Positions 18,023-27,251 of a stretch of 64,000 bases of DNA are shown piece by piece. The stretch lies in NCBI GenBank assembly GCA_965223345.1, contig CBDCWG010000012.1, forward strand, positions 3,264,001 to 3,328,000, given 5' to 3'. Both the position numbers and the translations under genes were made by a program. Every line of letters starts with the position of its first letter. Position 1 is the first letter of the stretch. A model generated the notes under the pieces. That model was not told where the DNA came from. It ran no database searches and saw only the letters and a list, made by a program, of their open reading frames with translations. This DNA comes from Nitrospinales bacterium. Lineage in GTDB: Bacteria; Nitrospinota; Nitrospinia; Nitrospinales; VA-1.

Positions 18023-18370
18023 TCAGTCGTCGGGGTTTTCGTAAAAAATATAGCTGGTGGAATAGTCGCTGAACTCGAAATACACCTTCTTCTCTCCCGA
18101 ATCCTTGATGAGATTCTTGTTTTTATCGAGGATCCCGTAGCCGTAGCGGTAGGGTCTTGAGGTGTTGCCGCTGGTGCTGGCGGCGGTGGACAGCTTGTCG
18201 ATTTTGATGAAGCGTTTGACCAGCTCGTTTCCCGCATAGATATCCAGCACGCCGTCCGTTCCCGTGTAGTTCTGCACGGCCCGGCCGATTTTGTTCTGGG
18301 TTTCCTGAGTGCAGCTCGCCGTCACGCCTAAAACTGCAATCGCAAAAATAACAGCTGTGATCTTTTTCAT
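18023..18370 (-). CDS. Hypothetical lipoprotein
   Basis: MKK plus hydrophobic stretch and TASC lipobox-like site; GGAAGG RBS. Confidence 0.75.
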   Translation of the reverse strand: MKKITAVIFAIAVLGVTASCTQETQNKIGRAVQNYTGTDGVLDIYAGNELVKRFIKIDKLSTAASTSGNTSRPYRYGYGILDKNKNLIKDSGEKKVYFEFSDYSTSYIFYENPDD

Positions 18371-18582
18371 ACGTGCCCTTCCTTTTATTTGAACGATCTT
18401 CGTGATGGGTTGTATTTCAGTCTACGACATTTTAGCAAGCGGCTTGCAAGAAAAAGGCACCTCCCTTCTTTCTCTCGCGGCACAAACGAAATTGCTTGTC
18501 GATCCAGCCGCGATTCGATAAGGTCTGGAAAAAAGACCCGGATTCCCACGCACTGGATGCAGCATCCCATTTAGGAGGCAAA

Positions 18583-20421
18583 ATGCAGGATTCAAACAGG
18601 TTGAGGTTTAAAGAAATTCTTTCGATCGCGCTGGCCGTGATTTTCCTGCAGGCGGGCCTGTCCCTCTCCCACGCCGCGGAAATGGTGCGCAAGACGCAGG
18701 AAGCGCTGGTGCAGAAGGGATTCGATCCGGGTCCGGTGGATGGGTTATGGGGGTCCCGGACCGAGGACGCCCTGCGGAAGTTTCAGGTGAAGATCGGCGT
18801 GACGGCGAACGGCCTGCTGGATCGCAAGACGCGAAGAGAACTGTTTAAAGGCTATGTTGCCAGCGCCGCCGCAAAGGAGACGCCGCCGAGCCCACCGGCT
18901 GAACCTGCCAGGGCCGCTCCTGCCGACACGACAACGGCGGCGGCTGAGGAACCAAAAGAAGAGGCTCTCAGCGAGACCGTCGCGAAAAAGGCGGACAGCC
19001 CTCCCCCCGCCGTGCAGGAAACGGCGGCGGAACCCGAACCGCAAGTGGCCAGCGAACCGCCGCCCGAGCCCAAACCGGAACCCAAACCCGAGCCCAAAAA
19101 AGAAGCGGTTCAGGCAGCCAAAACGTCCTCCGGCCCCTGCCCGCAGCCGCGAAAAACCAAATCCGCGCCCGCGCACATCGCCAGACTCGATAAAACCGGC
19201 AAGGCGGATCTGGAAAACGGCAAAAAAATATACAACCAAACCGCCAAGCCTATGGCCTGCAAGCAGTGCCACGGGGACAAGGGCGACGGCAAAGGGAAAC
19301 TGGGCGCGGCCCTGAAACCGACACCGAGAAACTTCACCTGCGCCGAGACCATGCAGGACGTTTCGGTCGGGCAGATGTTCTGGATCATCAAGAACGGCTC
19401 CGCCGGCACGGGCATGGTGGGGCACCAAAAGACGCTCAAGGATCAAGAAATCTGGGATGTGGTGAAATACATCCACACGGCCTACATGGGCGGTGCTTCG
19501 CAGGCTTCGGCGGCGCAGCCCGATTCCGCGCCCCCCGCACAGAGCGCAGCCGCCGCGGCGCCGGCGCCGGCAGTGAAAAAAACCGAGCCCGCCAAACCGG
19601 CGGTACCGCAGGAACAAGCCAAAGTGGCGGCGAAACCGGCCGCCGCTCCTGCCAATCAGCAGGCGACGCCTCCCCCCGGCATCGTGGGGAAAGGAAAGTA
19701 CACGGAGAGTAGCGTGAGCGGTGGCGGGGCGATCACCGGCGTGGTGCGCTTCAGCGGCGCGGTTCCCGATCCGATCATGGAGGATCTGAGCAAGGGCAAG
19801 AACGTGGAGTTCTGCTCGCAGCACCCCGATGCCAAAGGCAACGAGCGCCCGCGCTACAAGGTCGTGGTGGCGGACGGCATGTTGAAGGACACGGTGGTGT
19901 TCATCCAGAACATCGATAAGGGAAAAGCCTGGCCCGGCGAAACGGCCAATTTCGATTTCAAAGACTGCGACATCTTCCCCAAGGTCTCGGTGGTGCGCAA
20001 AACCCCGAAAAAGATGAAGGAAGGGCTTCTGACGATCACGAATCAGGACCCGGACATCCTGCACAACCCGCACGGCTATTCCATCGTCGGGGCCAACCGC
20101 AAGACGCTGTTCAACAAACCGCTGCCCTCAAAGGGCGACGTGGCCGATGTGACCAAATCCTTCAAGCGCTTCAAGCCGAAAAAGGACAGGCATTTTTTCC
20201 TGCAATGCGATCAGCACAACTTCATGGAAGCGGACGCGCGCGTGGTGTGGAACCCCTACTATTCGATCAGCGCGGCGGACGGGACGTTCAAAATCGACGC
20301 GATCCCGGCGGGCAAATACTGGGTGACCGCCTGGCATCCTTATGTCGGCGAAGCGAGCCAGGAAGTGACGGTGACCGCGGGCGGCGACGTGCAGGCCGAT
20401 TTCCTGCTGGCGGGGAAATAA
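18583..20421 (+). CDS. Exported fusion protein: peptidoglycan-binding domain, class I cytochrome c and carboxypeptidase-regulatory-like/cupredoxin-like region
   Basis: AGGAGG RBS and ATG 18583; signal peptide; QEAL..KGFDPGPVDGLWG..T..AL..FQ; CKQCH with distal GTGM; HNPH...CDQHNFM; two Pro/Ala-rich linkers. Confidence 0.85.
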   Translation: MQDSNRLRFKEILSIALAVIFLQAGLSLSHAAEMVRKTQEALVQKGFDPGPVDGLWGSRTEDALRKFQVKIGVTANGLLDRKTRRELFKGYVASAAAKETPPSPPAEPARAAPADTTTAAAEEPKEEALSETVAKKADSPPPAVQETAAEPEPQVASEPPPEPKPEPKPEPKKEAVQAAKTSSGPCPQPRKTKSAPAHIARLDKTGKADLENGKKIYNQTAKPMACKQCHGDKGDGKGKLGAALKPTPRNFTCAETMQDVSVGQMFWIIKNGSAGTGMVGHQKTLKDQEIWDVVKYIHTAYMGGASQASAAQPDSAPPAQSAAAAAPAPAVKKTEPAKPAVPQEQAKVAAKPAAAPANQQATPPPGIVGKGKYTESSVSGGGAITGVVRFSGAVPDPIMEDLSKGKNVEFCSQHPDAKGNERPRYKVVVADGMLKDTVVFIQNIDKGKAWPGETANFDFKDCDIFPKVSVVRKTPKKMKEGLLTITNQDPDILHNPHGYSIVGANRKTLFNKPLPSKGDVADVTKSFKRFKPKKDRHFFLQCDQHNFMEADARVVWNPYYSISAADGTFKIDAIPAGKYWVTAWHPYVGEASQEVTVTAGGDVQADFLLAGK

Positions 20422-20668
20422 GTCCGGCGTTTTCAAATCACATCGCCGTTGTATCCGGCCGCGACGTGATCACGAAAAGAAGGCGAAATTGCGGCTTCGC
20501 CACCTATCCCGGAAGAATATTTTATTTGCCCCCAATGCCACTTTATGCAACATTTAGCGATAACAATCGCTTTCGAAGCGTTTTTCCGCCGGACTTCAGT
20601 GTGAGTCCGGGTTCATTGATATCACGCCTGCAAACGTGGCAAGGCAACTTTCCCACCAAGGAGGAATA

Positions 20669-21082
20669 ATGAATATATTCAGATTGTCGAATGCAGCGGG
20701 ATTTTCCTGGCTGACAGCGATCCTTTTTCTGACAATCGTCACCCTATCGCCCACCCCTTCAGCCGAATCGGTGCAGACCCAGTCCATGGACCTGGTCAAA
20801 CGCGCGCAGCAGGCGCTGGCTGACAAAGGGTTCGACCCGGGTCCCGCAGACGGGCTCTGGGGCCCCCGAACCAAAAAGGCGGTCACGGGTTTTCAGGAAA
20901 GTGAAGGCATCCCTTCCACAGGCGAACTGGATGAAACGACGCAAACGCTTCTGCTGGGTGAGGGTTCCTCCGCGTCGGCGGCCCCGGCCTCCTCGCATGC
21001 CGGCGCATCCTCAATGGGCGGTCCCACCGATACCGGGGCGGACGTGCCGGATTCGGAAATCGTCTGGGGACGGCACAAATAA
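20669..21082 (+). CDS. Exported peptidoglycan-binding (PG_binding_1-like) protein
   Basis: AAGGAGG RBS; signal peptide; AQQALADKGFDPGPADGLWGPRTKKAVTGFQ..EGIP.TGELD. Confidence 0.85.
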   Translation: MNIFRLSNAAGFSWLTAILFLTIVTLSPTPSAESVQTQSMDLVKRAQQALADKGFDPGPADGLWGPRTKKAVTGFQESEGIPSTGELDETTQTLLLGEGSSASAAPASSHAGASSMGGPTDTGADVPDSEIVWGRHK

Positions 21083-21111
21083 CTTCACGCATTTGAATTT
21101 GGCAACACCGG

Positions 21112-21147
21112 CCCCGGAAGCGAGAACGCTTCCGGGGTTTGTTTTTT
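21112..21147 (+). terminator. Intrinsic terminator
   Basis: CCCCGGAAGCG-AGAA-CGCTTCCGGGG followed by TTTGTTTTTT. Confidence 0.8.
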
Positions 21148-21174
21148 GATAACGCTCACTTTATTTTTCCCCAC

Positions 21175-21251
21175 AAAAAAAACCGGGCCCCGCCGGGCCC
21201 GGTTCCTTAGCTGCCATCAATGTCTTTCCCTTGGGGGAAAGTGAACTTGTA
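21175..21251 (-). ncRNA. Candidate small RNA of about 77 nt
   Basis: Minus strand: hairpin CTTTCCC-CCAA-GGGAAAG, unpaired linker, terminator AACCGGGCCC-GGCG-GGGCCCGGTT plus T6, directly downstream of a sigma28-like promoter. Confidence 0.5.
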
Positions 21252-21257
21252 AAATCC

Positions 21258-21284
21258 TGATCGGCAAAACCGGCCGCGACTTTA
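21258..21284 (-). promoter_or_regulatory. Sigma28 (FliA/WhiG)-type promoter
   Basis: TAAA-N15-GCCGATCA on the minus strand (consensus TAAA-N15-GCCGATAA); a second GCCGATAA at 21305-21298. Confidence 0.6.
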
Positions 21285-21564
21285 AAATTTATTTTCATTA
21301 TCGGCCCGGCCCGCAAAAAATCCTTCCCGCTTTGCATCTCATCTAACCTTTAGAAGCGGTAACAACACAGCAACTTTTTTTTCAATGTCCCGCTCTTTGT
21401 GCCGTTATGGATGACAAGAAACCTTTGCCCCGAATGACAGGATTGGATTAAGATGAATACAGAGACATTCGGTGAAGGCTTGCCGCCGGGACGCAAGCCC
21501 CGGTTCGTTGCAACGGCCGGGTGTTTCCATTGCACTTCGAACTTTTTCGTTGAGAGGCTGAAAA

Positions 21565-21903
21565 ATGGCCGATTTTGACTTGATGGACTTCGAGGAGTCC
21601 TTGAAAATTGTGGAGGTTCCGCCTTTAAACATCGAGAAAGTGATTTCCGTCTGGGGCAGTGAAAACCAGTCCGGGGAATGGGAAGGCGGCATCCTGATGA
21701 AGATGAAAAGCGGCAAGTTCGCCTACCTGCTCGGCTGGTGTGAAACCCACGAAGGCGGCTATCAGGACGGCGCGCAGATCGAGTATTTCGACAGCCAGCC
21801 GGACTACAAATCCTTCACGCCCAAGGAACCCTGGGTGCAGGGTCCGCGCCCCGCATTGTGGGACGACCAGCCCGGTGATTTCAACGACTGGCTGGCGCAA
21901 TGA
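21565..21903 (+). CDS. Hypothetical acidic, Trp-rich protein
   Basis: 112-aa ORF with GAGG RBS and genome-like codon usage; no family recognised. Confidence 0.7.
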   Translation: MADFDLMDFEESLKIVEVPPLNIEKVISVWGSENQSGEWEGGILMKMKSGKFAYLLGWCETHEGGYQDGAQIEYFDSQPDYKSFTPKEPWVQGPRPALWDDQPGDFNDWLAQ

Positions 21904-22227
21904 CCGCCGTTTTCTCCCCTCAGACCGCCTGAAAAGCCCGCATTCATCGATATCCGAACTCCCCACATTTCCCGCTTTGGATTTTCAGAATCTTTGTGCT
22001 ACCTTAATAAATGTATAAGAAGGGTTGTGGAAAATCATTGCGAATGGGATTTTTGAGCCCCGGTTGTGGTAAGTCTTTATCGGTCCAGAGCGCAGTACGG
22101 CCCACTTGATTCGATGTATCCCCCCACGGCTCGCCATACGGTCTTGCAACGACCCTAACCCAAATAAAAATAGGGAATGCGCAGCATATTCAATACATTC
22201 CCGCTCATTTGCAGGAGAAGATCCGGT

Positions 22228-22428
22228 ATGTCACAGGGTAAAGTAAAATGGTTCAACGAGAGTAAGGGTTATGGCTTTATCGAGTCTGACGAGGGAGAGG
22301 ACTATTTTGTTCACTTTTCCGAGATTCAGAGTGAAGGCTTCAAAACCTTGAAGGAAGGCCAGCTGGTCGATTTTGAAAAGACCATGGGCAAGAAAGGACC
22401 CCAGGCTTCCAAAGTGATTCCGCAATAA
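22228..22428 (+). CDS. csp: Cold-shock protein (CspA family)
   Basis: [15 protein letters not shown] (RNP1) and YFVHFSEI (RNP2); ATG 22228 after AGGAG. Confidence 0.95.
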   Translation: MSQGKVKWFNESKGYGFIESDEGEDYFVHFSEIQSEGFKTLKEGQLVDFEKTMGKKGPQASKVIPQ

Positions 22429-22444
22429 AACTCCGTATCCGACG

Positions 22445-22482
22445 AAACCGGCGAAGCCTAGGGCTTCGCCGGTTTTTTTTTT
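22445..22482 (+). terminator. Intrinsic terminator
   Basis: AAACCGGCGAAGCC-TAG-GGCTTCGCCGGTTT followed by a long T run. Confidence 0.9.
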
Positions 22483-22560
22483 GCCCGCTCCAACTTCCCT
22501 CTCCCCGCAACCCGATGGAATCCCGTCCTTGCCTCTCCGCCTGTTTTTTTGAAATCACGG

Positions 22561-22675
22561 TGCACGGTCCATGCACGGTCCGGGCACAGGCTTCGGCGCG
22601 GGCGGCCGCATGGGCAGGAAACGTCCTTATATATAAAGGTCTTACTCTCCCCCGCGCTTTGGCACACCCGATGCA
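22561..22675 (+). promoter_or_regulatory. Sigma54 (-24/-12) promoter with an upstream repeated activator-site candidate
   Basis: TGGCAC-ACCCG-ATGCA at 22660-22675 (GG-N10-GC spacing); TGCACGGTCC direct repeat at 22561-22570 and 22572-22581. Confidence 0.6.
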
Positions 22676-22739
22676 ATAGCAAGGTCAGCGGCATCGGAAA
22701 AGATTTTATTGCAAATCGATATTGTCCTGGGAGAGGATC

Positions 22740-22910
22740 ATGAAACTGACTCGATCGTTTTATCAATCACTGGATGAATGGGTGGACGTTTCCGTTACGG
22801 AACCGGTCAATGTGTTCGATCATGAGGACGCGCCGCTGTGGGACGAAGATTCGCTGAGCGCGGACGCAGACGGGGAGCTGGAAGTTTTTTTCTTCACCCT
22901 GGATGCGTGA
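22740..22910 (+). CDS. 56-aa highly acidic small protein
   Basis: GAGAGG RBS and ATG 22740; lies downstream of the sigma54 motif. Confidence 0.55.
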   Translation: MKLTRSFYQSLDEWVDVSVTEPVNVFDHEDAPLWDEDSLSADADGELEVFFFTLDA

Positions 22911-22979
22911 AGCGTCGCGAAGCGATCGGATTTGAACCGGCCAGGCGGCTCTCGCCGGAATGATTAAGGAGAATTTGAG

Positions 22980-23366
22980 ATGAAGATGCGGATTTTTGTG
23001 ATCGCGGCTTTTCTACTGCTGTCGCTGGCTCGCATGGGTGAGCCCGCCGGGCCCATCGCCCAGAATCTGCCGCCCACGGTGACGTTCAATTTCGACGCCT
23101 TCGCCCCTCCCGGCTCCGGAGGGTGCTCGTTCGACTCGCGGTTCGGGGTTTTGACCTGCGTTTTCAGAACGACGCAGGAAACCTGGGTGGGGATGAACAA
23201 GGAAAAACCGGCGACCGTTTCTTTCACCAATCCCGGCGCCAACTCGGTCACCTTTCAAGGAAAAACGCAGTGCGCGGTGCGCGGGCCGATCAAGCTTCCG
23301 GATCAGCCGGCTCCCCTGGTGGACCTGCTCTGCTCCCGGCCCTGGAACCCGCTGTACGGCAATTGA
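22980..23366 (+). CDS. Small secreted hypothetical protein with 4 Cys
   Basis: AAGGAG RBS; signal peptide. Confidence 0.65.
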   Translation: MKMRIFVIAAFLLLSLARMGEPAGPIAQNLPPTVTFNFDAFAPPGSGGCSFDSRFGVLTCVFRTTQETWVGMNKEKPATVSFTNPGANSVTFQGKTQCAVRGPIKLPDQPAPLVDLLCSRPWNPLYGN

Positions 23367-23420
23367 CCGCGAAATTGCGGCTTATTATTAACTTAATTTA
23401 AATTGGGGGAATGGAAAGTG

Positions 23421-23771
23421 ATGCGTCCGATTTGCACCACCCTGATCGCGGCGGGCTGGCTCCTGCTCGCGGCTGCGGCCGGCCAGGCATACGAAGTGGT
23501 TGAGGAAAAACCGCAGCCCGGTGTCGTTCTGCCCGCAACGTCGCAGCACTTTCGCTCCAGCCAGTGCCATTACACGCGCGATCACACCCGGGTCTCTTCC
23601 ATCAATTGCGGCAAGCCGGTCAACTCGGGCCCCTATAAAAAAGACGAGAGCTATGTGACGTTCGGCAAGGGTTTGTGCACCCTGTCGCCGCAACAGGGAC
23701 AGGTCATCTGTTCCAAGCTGCTGTTCAAATCCGGCCGCAGCATCCTGAAACCCCACCACCTGCCCGGCTGA
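23421..23771 (+). CDS. Small secreted hypothetical protein with 4 Cys in the mature part
   Basis: Signal peptide ending GQA; start placed at ATG 23421. Confidence 0.6.
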   Translation: MRPICTTLIAAGWLLLAAAAGQAYEVVEEKPQPGVVLPATSQHFRSSQCHYTRDHTRVSSINCGKPVNSGPYKKDESYVTFGKGLCTLSPQQGQVICSKLLFKSGRSILKPHHLPG

Positions 23772-23781
23772 CCCTTCTCAT

Positions 23782-24255
23782 TCACACCGCATTCTGATTG
23801 AAGGTCTCTCCCGCCTGCATGACGATCTGATCCAGCAGGATCCAGGGAATTTCAAAATCCTCGGTCACGGCTTTCGCAAGCAGCACGTTCACGTTGCCGG
23901 AGGGGCTCTCCTCGATTTTGAAGTACATCCTGAGCGGGCCTTCGCTGTTCAGGTCCATGTCGAAGCGATTCACGGTCAACTCCCACACCGACTCGTCCTG
24001 CTGTTTCCACCGGTGCGCCCCCGGTATGGCGGACAGAAACTGGCCGAAGGTGAGGAAACGCTTTTCCTGGTAAGAAACGTAATAACCCGCGTAACCCGTT
24101 TCCGAAGAAAGGCTTTTGTACACGATGATGCGCTCGTTCCAGTCCTTCGGCGGCTCGGGCTGAATGGAACAGGCGGCCAGCAGGCCGATCCACCCTGCAA
24201 GCGCAAGGCAGCGAATCCAGCGGCGGGCTCTCAGGTTTCTCAAGGCGGTTGTCAT
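23782..24255 (-). CDS. Hypothetical lipoprotein
   Basis: LLAAC lipobox; GGAG RBS before ATG 24255. Confidence 0.65.
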   Translation of the reverse strand: MTTALRNLRARRWIRCLALAGWIGLLAACSIQPEPPKDWNERIIVYKSLSSETGYAGYYVSYQEKRFLTFGQFLSAIPGAHRWKQQDESVWELTVNRFDMDLNSEGPLRMYFKIEESPSGNVNVLLAKAVTEDFEIPWILLDQIVMQAGETFNQNAV

Positions 24256-24557
24256 GGATCTCCGTGGCGGGTTGTGAAAGACAGGGAATCGCAACCGGGC
24301 GGATCGCAGCCCTAAAGCGCAAAAATTGCGTTTAGCCCTGTATTTCAGGGTATTTCAGGGGACCCAACTTGTCAATTCATTTGCTTGGGAACGGCGAACG
24401 GCCGGCGGGAACGCCTGAAAATCCGGATATTCCATAACACATTGAAAAATAATTCTTTTCATTGACACAGCCGCCGGGGCTTGCGGAAGAACGGCATCGG
24501 CAGGGCAATCCTGTGGGGCTTGGAAGCGGGGTCGGGCCTCCCGCCCCGGGACGGGTC

Positions 24558-25070
24558 TCAGTCGATCGGCAGATCGGCGGGGAGCCGGGTAGCGCTGTCG
24601 ATGAGCGCGGTTTGCAGCTGCTCGCGGGTGAGATGGACGCTCTCGCTGAGGTCCGCACCGAAGAGATTGACGCCGTTGAGGTTGGCGCCCCAGAAATCGA
24701 CTCCGGCAAAGCACGACTGCGAAAGCCGGGCGGTGCTCAAATCCGCTCCCAGCAGGCTGGCGCCGGAAAGGTCCGCACGCACCAGATTGGCGCCCACCAG
24801 AAACGCACCGCCCAGGTCCGCCTCGCTCAGGTCGGCTTCGACCAGATTGGCGCCGATGAGACGGGCTTCGCTGAAACGGGCTCCCGAGGCCTGGATGCGG
24901 CTGAGATCGGCGCACATCAATTGCGCGCGGCTGAGGTTGGCCCCTTTGAGATTGGCATTGCTGAGCTTGATGCCCACCATGTTGGCTTCCCGCAGATCGA
25001 GAAAGCTCAAATCGTTTCTGTTTACGGCGGATATCTGACCGAATTTGTCCCTGAAAGTGAGGTGGGTCAT
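24558..25070 (-). CDS. Pentapeptide repeat protein
   Basis: Continuous A(D/N)Lxx repeats; start uncertain (25070 or 25124). Confidence 0.88.
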   Translation of the reverse strand: MTHLTFRDKFGQISAVNRNDLSFLDLREANMVGIKLSNANLKGANLSRAQLMCADLSRIQASGARFSEARLIGANLVEADLSEADLGGAFLVGANLVRADLSGASLLGADLSTARLSQSCFAGVDFWGANLNGVNLFGADLSESVHLTREQLQTALIDSATRLPADLPID

Positions 25071-25454
25071 GCGCGTCCCCCGAAGCCACGGCCGATTGCG
25101 GCCGGTCGTTGTTAAGATCCTCACGGAGCCTCATGCGTCCGCAGGATGTCTCCAGTGTAGGAAGAACGGATTGCCATCGGGTCAAGGGAGCGTCACAGTT
25201 GCGTCAAACCCGCGCTTTCCCAGGCATTGCGCCGCCGCCTCCTTCCATCCCCGCCCGCCTGCATTTGTGACCGAATCGTTGCAATGCCGCGATCGTACCG
25301 CAACATCGCGCTGTCACCCTGACCCATTTGAGGGACCCACCGGAGGGGAGACGCGTCCGCACAAACAAGGATTGCCTGTTCGGGCGGTTTTTAACTGTGA
25401 CGGCCGGAGGTTTCCCGTTCGACCCTGCCGGCTTTGCCCGTTCTACTCGATCGC

Positions 25455-26195
25455 ATGTTTGGCCTGGAAAACAAACACAAGCGCAGCTTCGCCTCTTTGT
25501 TCACACTATGCCTGGTTCTGGCCTGGGTGGGCGGCTTCTCCGGCGGGATCACGCATCCTTCCGCCAGCCTTTCCCCCTACCTGTCCGCCGTGGCCAAGGT
25601 GGAGCACGAAACCTTCCGCGACCTTCGCGATCAGCGGCAACGCGAAAACCAGTACCTGAAGAGCCGCTCCCGGCTCATGGACCGCGAGCGCAGGCTGAAC
25701 GAACGCGCCTACGACCGGAAGGTGCGGGAGAAAATCCTGCAGATCCTCACCCGCTACAAGACCGGTCTCAAGGAAAAACGCGACCGGGAAATCCCGGACT
25801 GGATCCTGGCACAAAGCAAGCGGTACAGCTACGACCCGCTGTTCCTGACCGCGCTCATCATCACGGAGAGCTCCTTCAACAACTGGGCGCTCTCGCACCG
25901 CGGGGCGATGGGCCTGATGCAGATTCTGCCGGGGACCGGAAGGGCCATGGCGGGGGAAACGCGGGTGAAATGGAAAGGAAAATCGACGCTGTACGATCCG
26001 AGAATCAACATCGCGCTCGGTTCGTATTACCTGAATAAACTGAGACAGCGTTTCGGGGATCTGAAGCTCGCACTGGAGGCGTACAACCACGGGCCCTCAC
26101 GGCTCGAGGGCTATCTGAAACGGGGCATGCGGCCGAGCAAATACTCGAAAAAGGTGTTGAAGATCTATGAAATGATCCATTTCGAACCCGCCTGA
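25455..26195 (+). CDS. Lytic transglycosylase (SLT domain) with an N-terminal anchor
   Basis: ITESSF (catalytic Glu), GAMGLMQI and AYNHG motifs. Confidence 0.92.
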   Translation: MFGLENKHKRSFASLFTLCLVLAWVGGFSGGITHPSASLSPYLSAVAKVEHETFRDLRDQRQRENQYLKSRSRLMDRERRLNERAYDRKVREKILQILTRYKTGLKEKRDREIPDWILAQSKRYSYDPLFLTALIITESSFNNWALSHRGAMGLMQILPGTGRAMAGETRVKWKGKSTLYDPRINIALGSYYLNKLRQRFGDLKLALEAYNHGPSRLEGYLKRGMRPSKYSKKVLKIYEMIHFEPA

Positions 26196-26352
26196 CCCCC
26201 TCCCCCGCTGCGTGCCGGATGAAGCGCAACATGCTTGGACCCTCGCCCTTACTGGATCGCGATGATCGCACATCCGTTGCATTCGATATCCGTGTTACGG
26301 AATGGCCTGGAAAAGAGACCTTTTGGGCGCGATTTAGCGGCGGGAATCCCGC

Positions 26353-26380
26353 TTGACAGTTTTCAGGCACCTGTGATAAG
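26353..26380 (+). promoter_or_regulatory. Sigma70 promoter candidate for the second csp
   Basis: TTGACA at 26353-26358 and a weak TGTGATAAG extended -10. Confidence 0.45.
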
Positions 26381-26414
26381 GGTTCCCTTTTAGACCCCTA
26401 TAAGGACCTGTGTC

Positions 26415-26615
26415 ATGGCAAACGGAAAAGTCAAGTGGTTTAGTGAGCAAAAAGGATACGGTTTTATCGAATCGGAACAAGGCGAAGACGTGTTCGTCCA
26501 TTATTCCGCGATCGAGGCCGAAGGTTTCAAAACGTTGAACCAGGGACAGGAGGTGGAATTTGAAATCACCACCGGTCCCAAAGGACCGCAAGCAGCGAAT
26601 GTGGTGAAAAAATAA
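26415..26615 (+). CDS. csp: Cold-shock protein (CspA family)
   Basis: [23 protein letters not shown] and [10 protein letters not shown]. Confidence 0.95.
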   Translation: MANGKVKWFSEQKGYGFIESEQGEDVFVHYSAIEAEGFKTLNQGQEVEFEITTGPKGPQAANVVKK

Positions 26616-26918
26616 TCCGCTCGCTTTTTTCCGGATCCAAGAACGGAGGCAGACGCCATCGGCCTGAATGAACCCGGGCGTTTCCTCATTCCCGCGTCTT
26701 TGCATCGACTCCTGTCTGTCAATCAGCCGCAACGGTCTTTGTTTACCCTCCCCCTCCCCTTTCTTTCCATTTTTCCAACGATAATTTTTTGAGTCTGTTC
26801 GGGAGAATTGCCACAATGACGACTGCATCGCATCGTGCGGGAATCCCTGCGGGCCGATCGGTCCACACAGGGACTCCACTTCCCCGTTTTATCCGAAAAA
26901 ATTAAGGAGAGTGGCCTC

Positions 26919-27230
26919 ATGGCAATCTGTCTGACAGCAAAATACCGGGTTCACCCGCATTTCACCAAAGAATGCATCCAGGTCGTCACGCGACTGGTCG
27001 ATCATGTGAAAGCCAACGAACCGGGCACGCGCCTGTACATCGCGCAACAGGATATTCTCGACCCGATGGCGTTTCAGCACACCATCATTTTCGAAAACGA
27101 CGCGGCCCTCAACCTGCACCGCAACTCGGTGGCGGCGAAACGATTCGTGACCTCGCTGTACCCGCAGACCCGGGAGCCGCTGGAATTCACCGAACACAAC
27201 CTCATCGCGCTCAAAACCAGCGACGACTGA
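26919..27230 (+). CDS. Antibiotic biosynthesis monooxygenase (ABM, dimeric alpha-beta barrel) family protein
   Basis: AAGGAG RBS and ATG 26919; NEPGTRLY and F.NDAAL..H..S pattern. Confidence 0.75.
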   Translation: MAICLTAKYRVHPHFTKECIQVVTRLVDHVKANEPGTRLYIAQQDILDPMAFQHTIIFENDAALNLHRNSVAAKRFVTSLYPQTREPLEFTEHNLIALKTSDD

Positions 27231-27251
27231 ACTTGGAAAAATTGAGACCGT

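Noticed and set aside
21455..21535. c-di-GMP-I riboswitch suggested by GGGACGCAAGCC
   Set aside because: The GGCAAACC and GNRA tetraloop arm and the receptor helix are not visible; an Infernal scan would be needed to revisit it.
24558..25070. Periodic DNA repeats suggesting a tandem array
   Set aside because: They are fully explained by the pentapeptide-repeat coding sequence.
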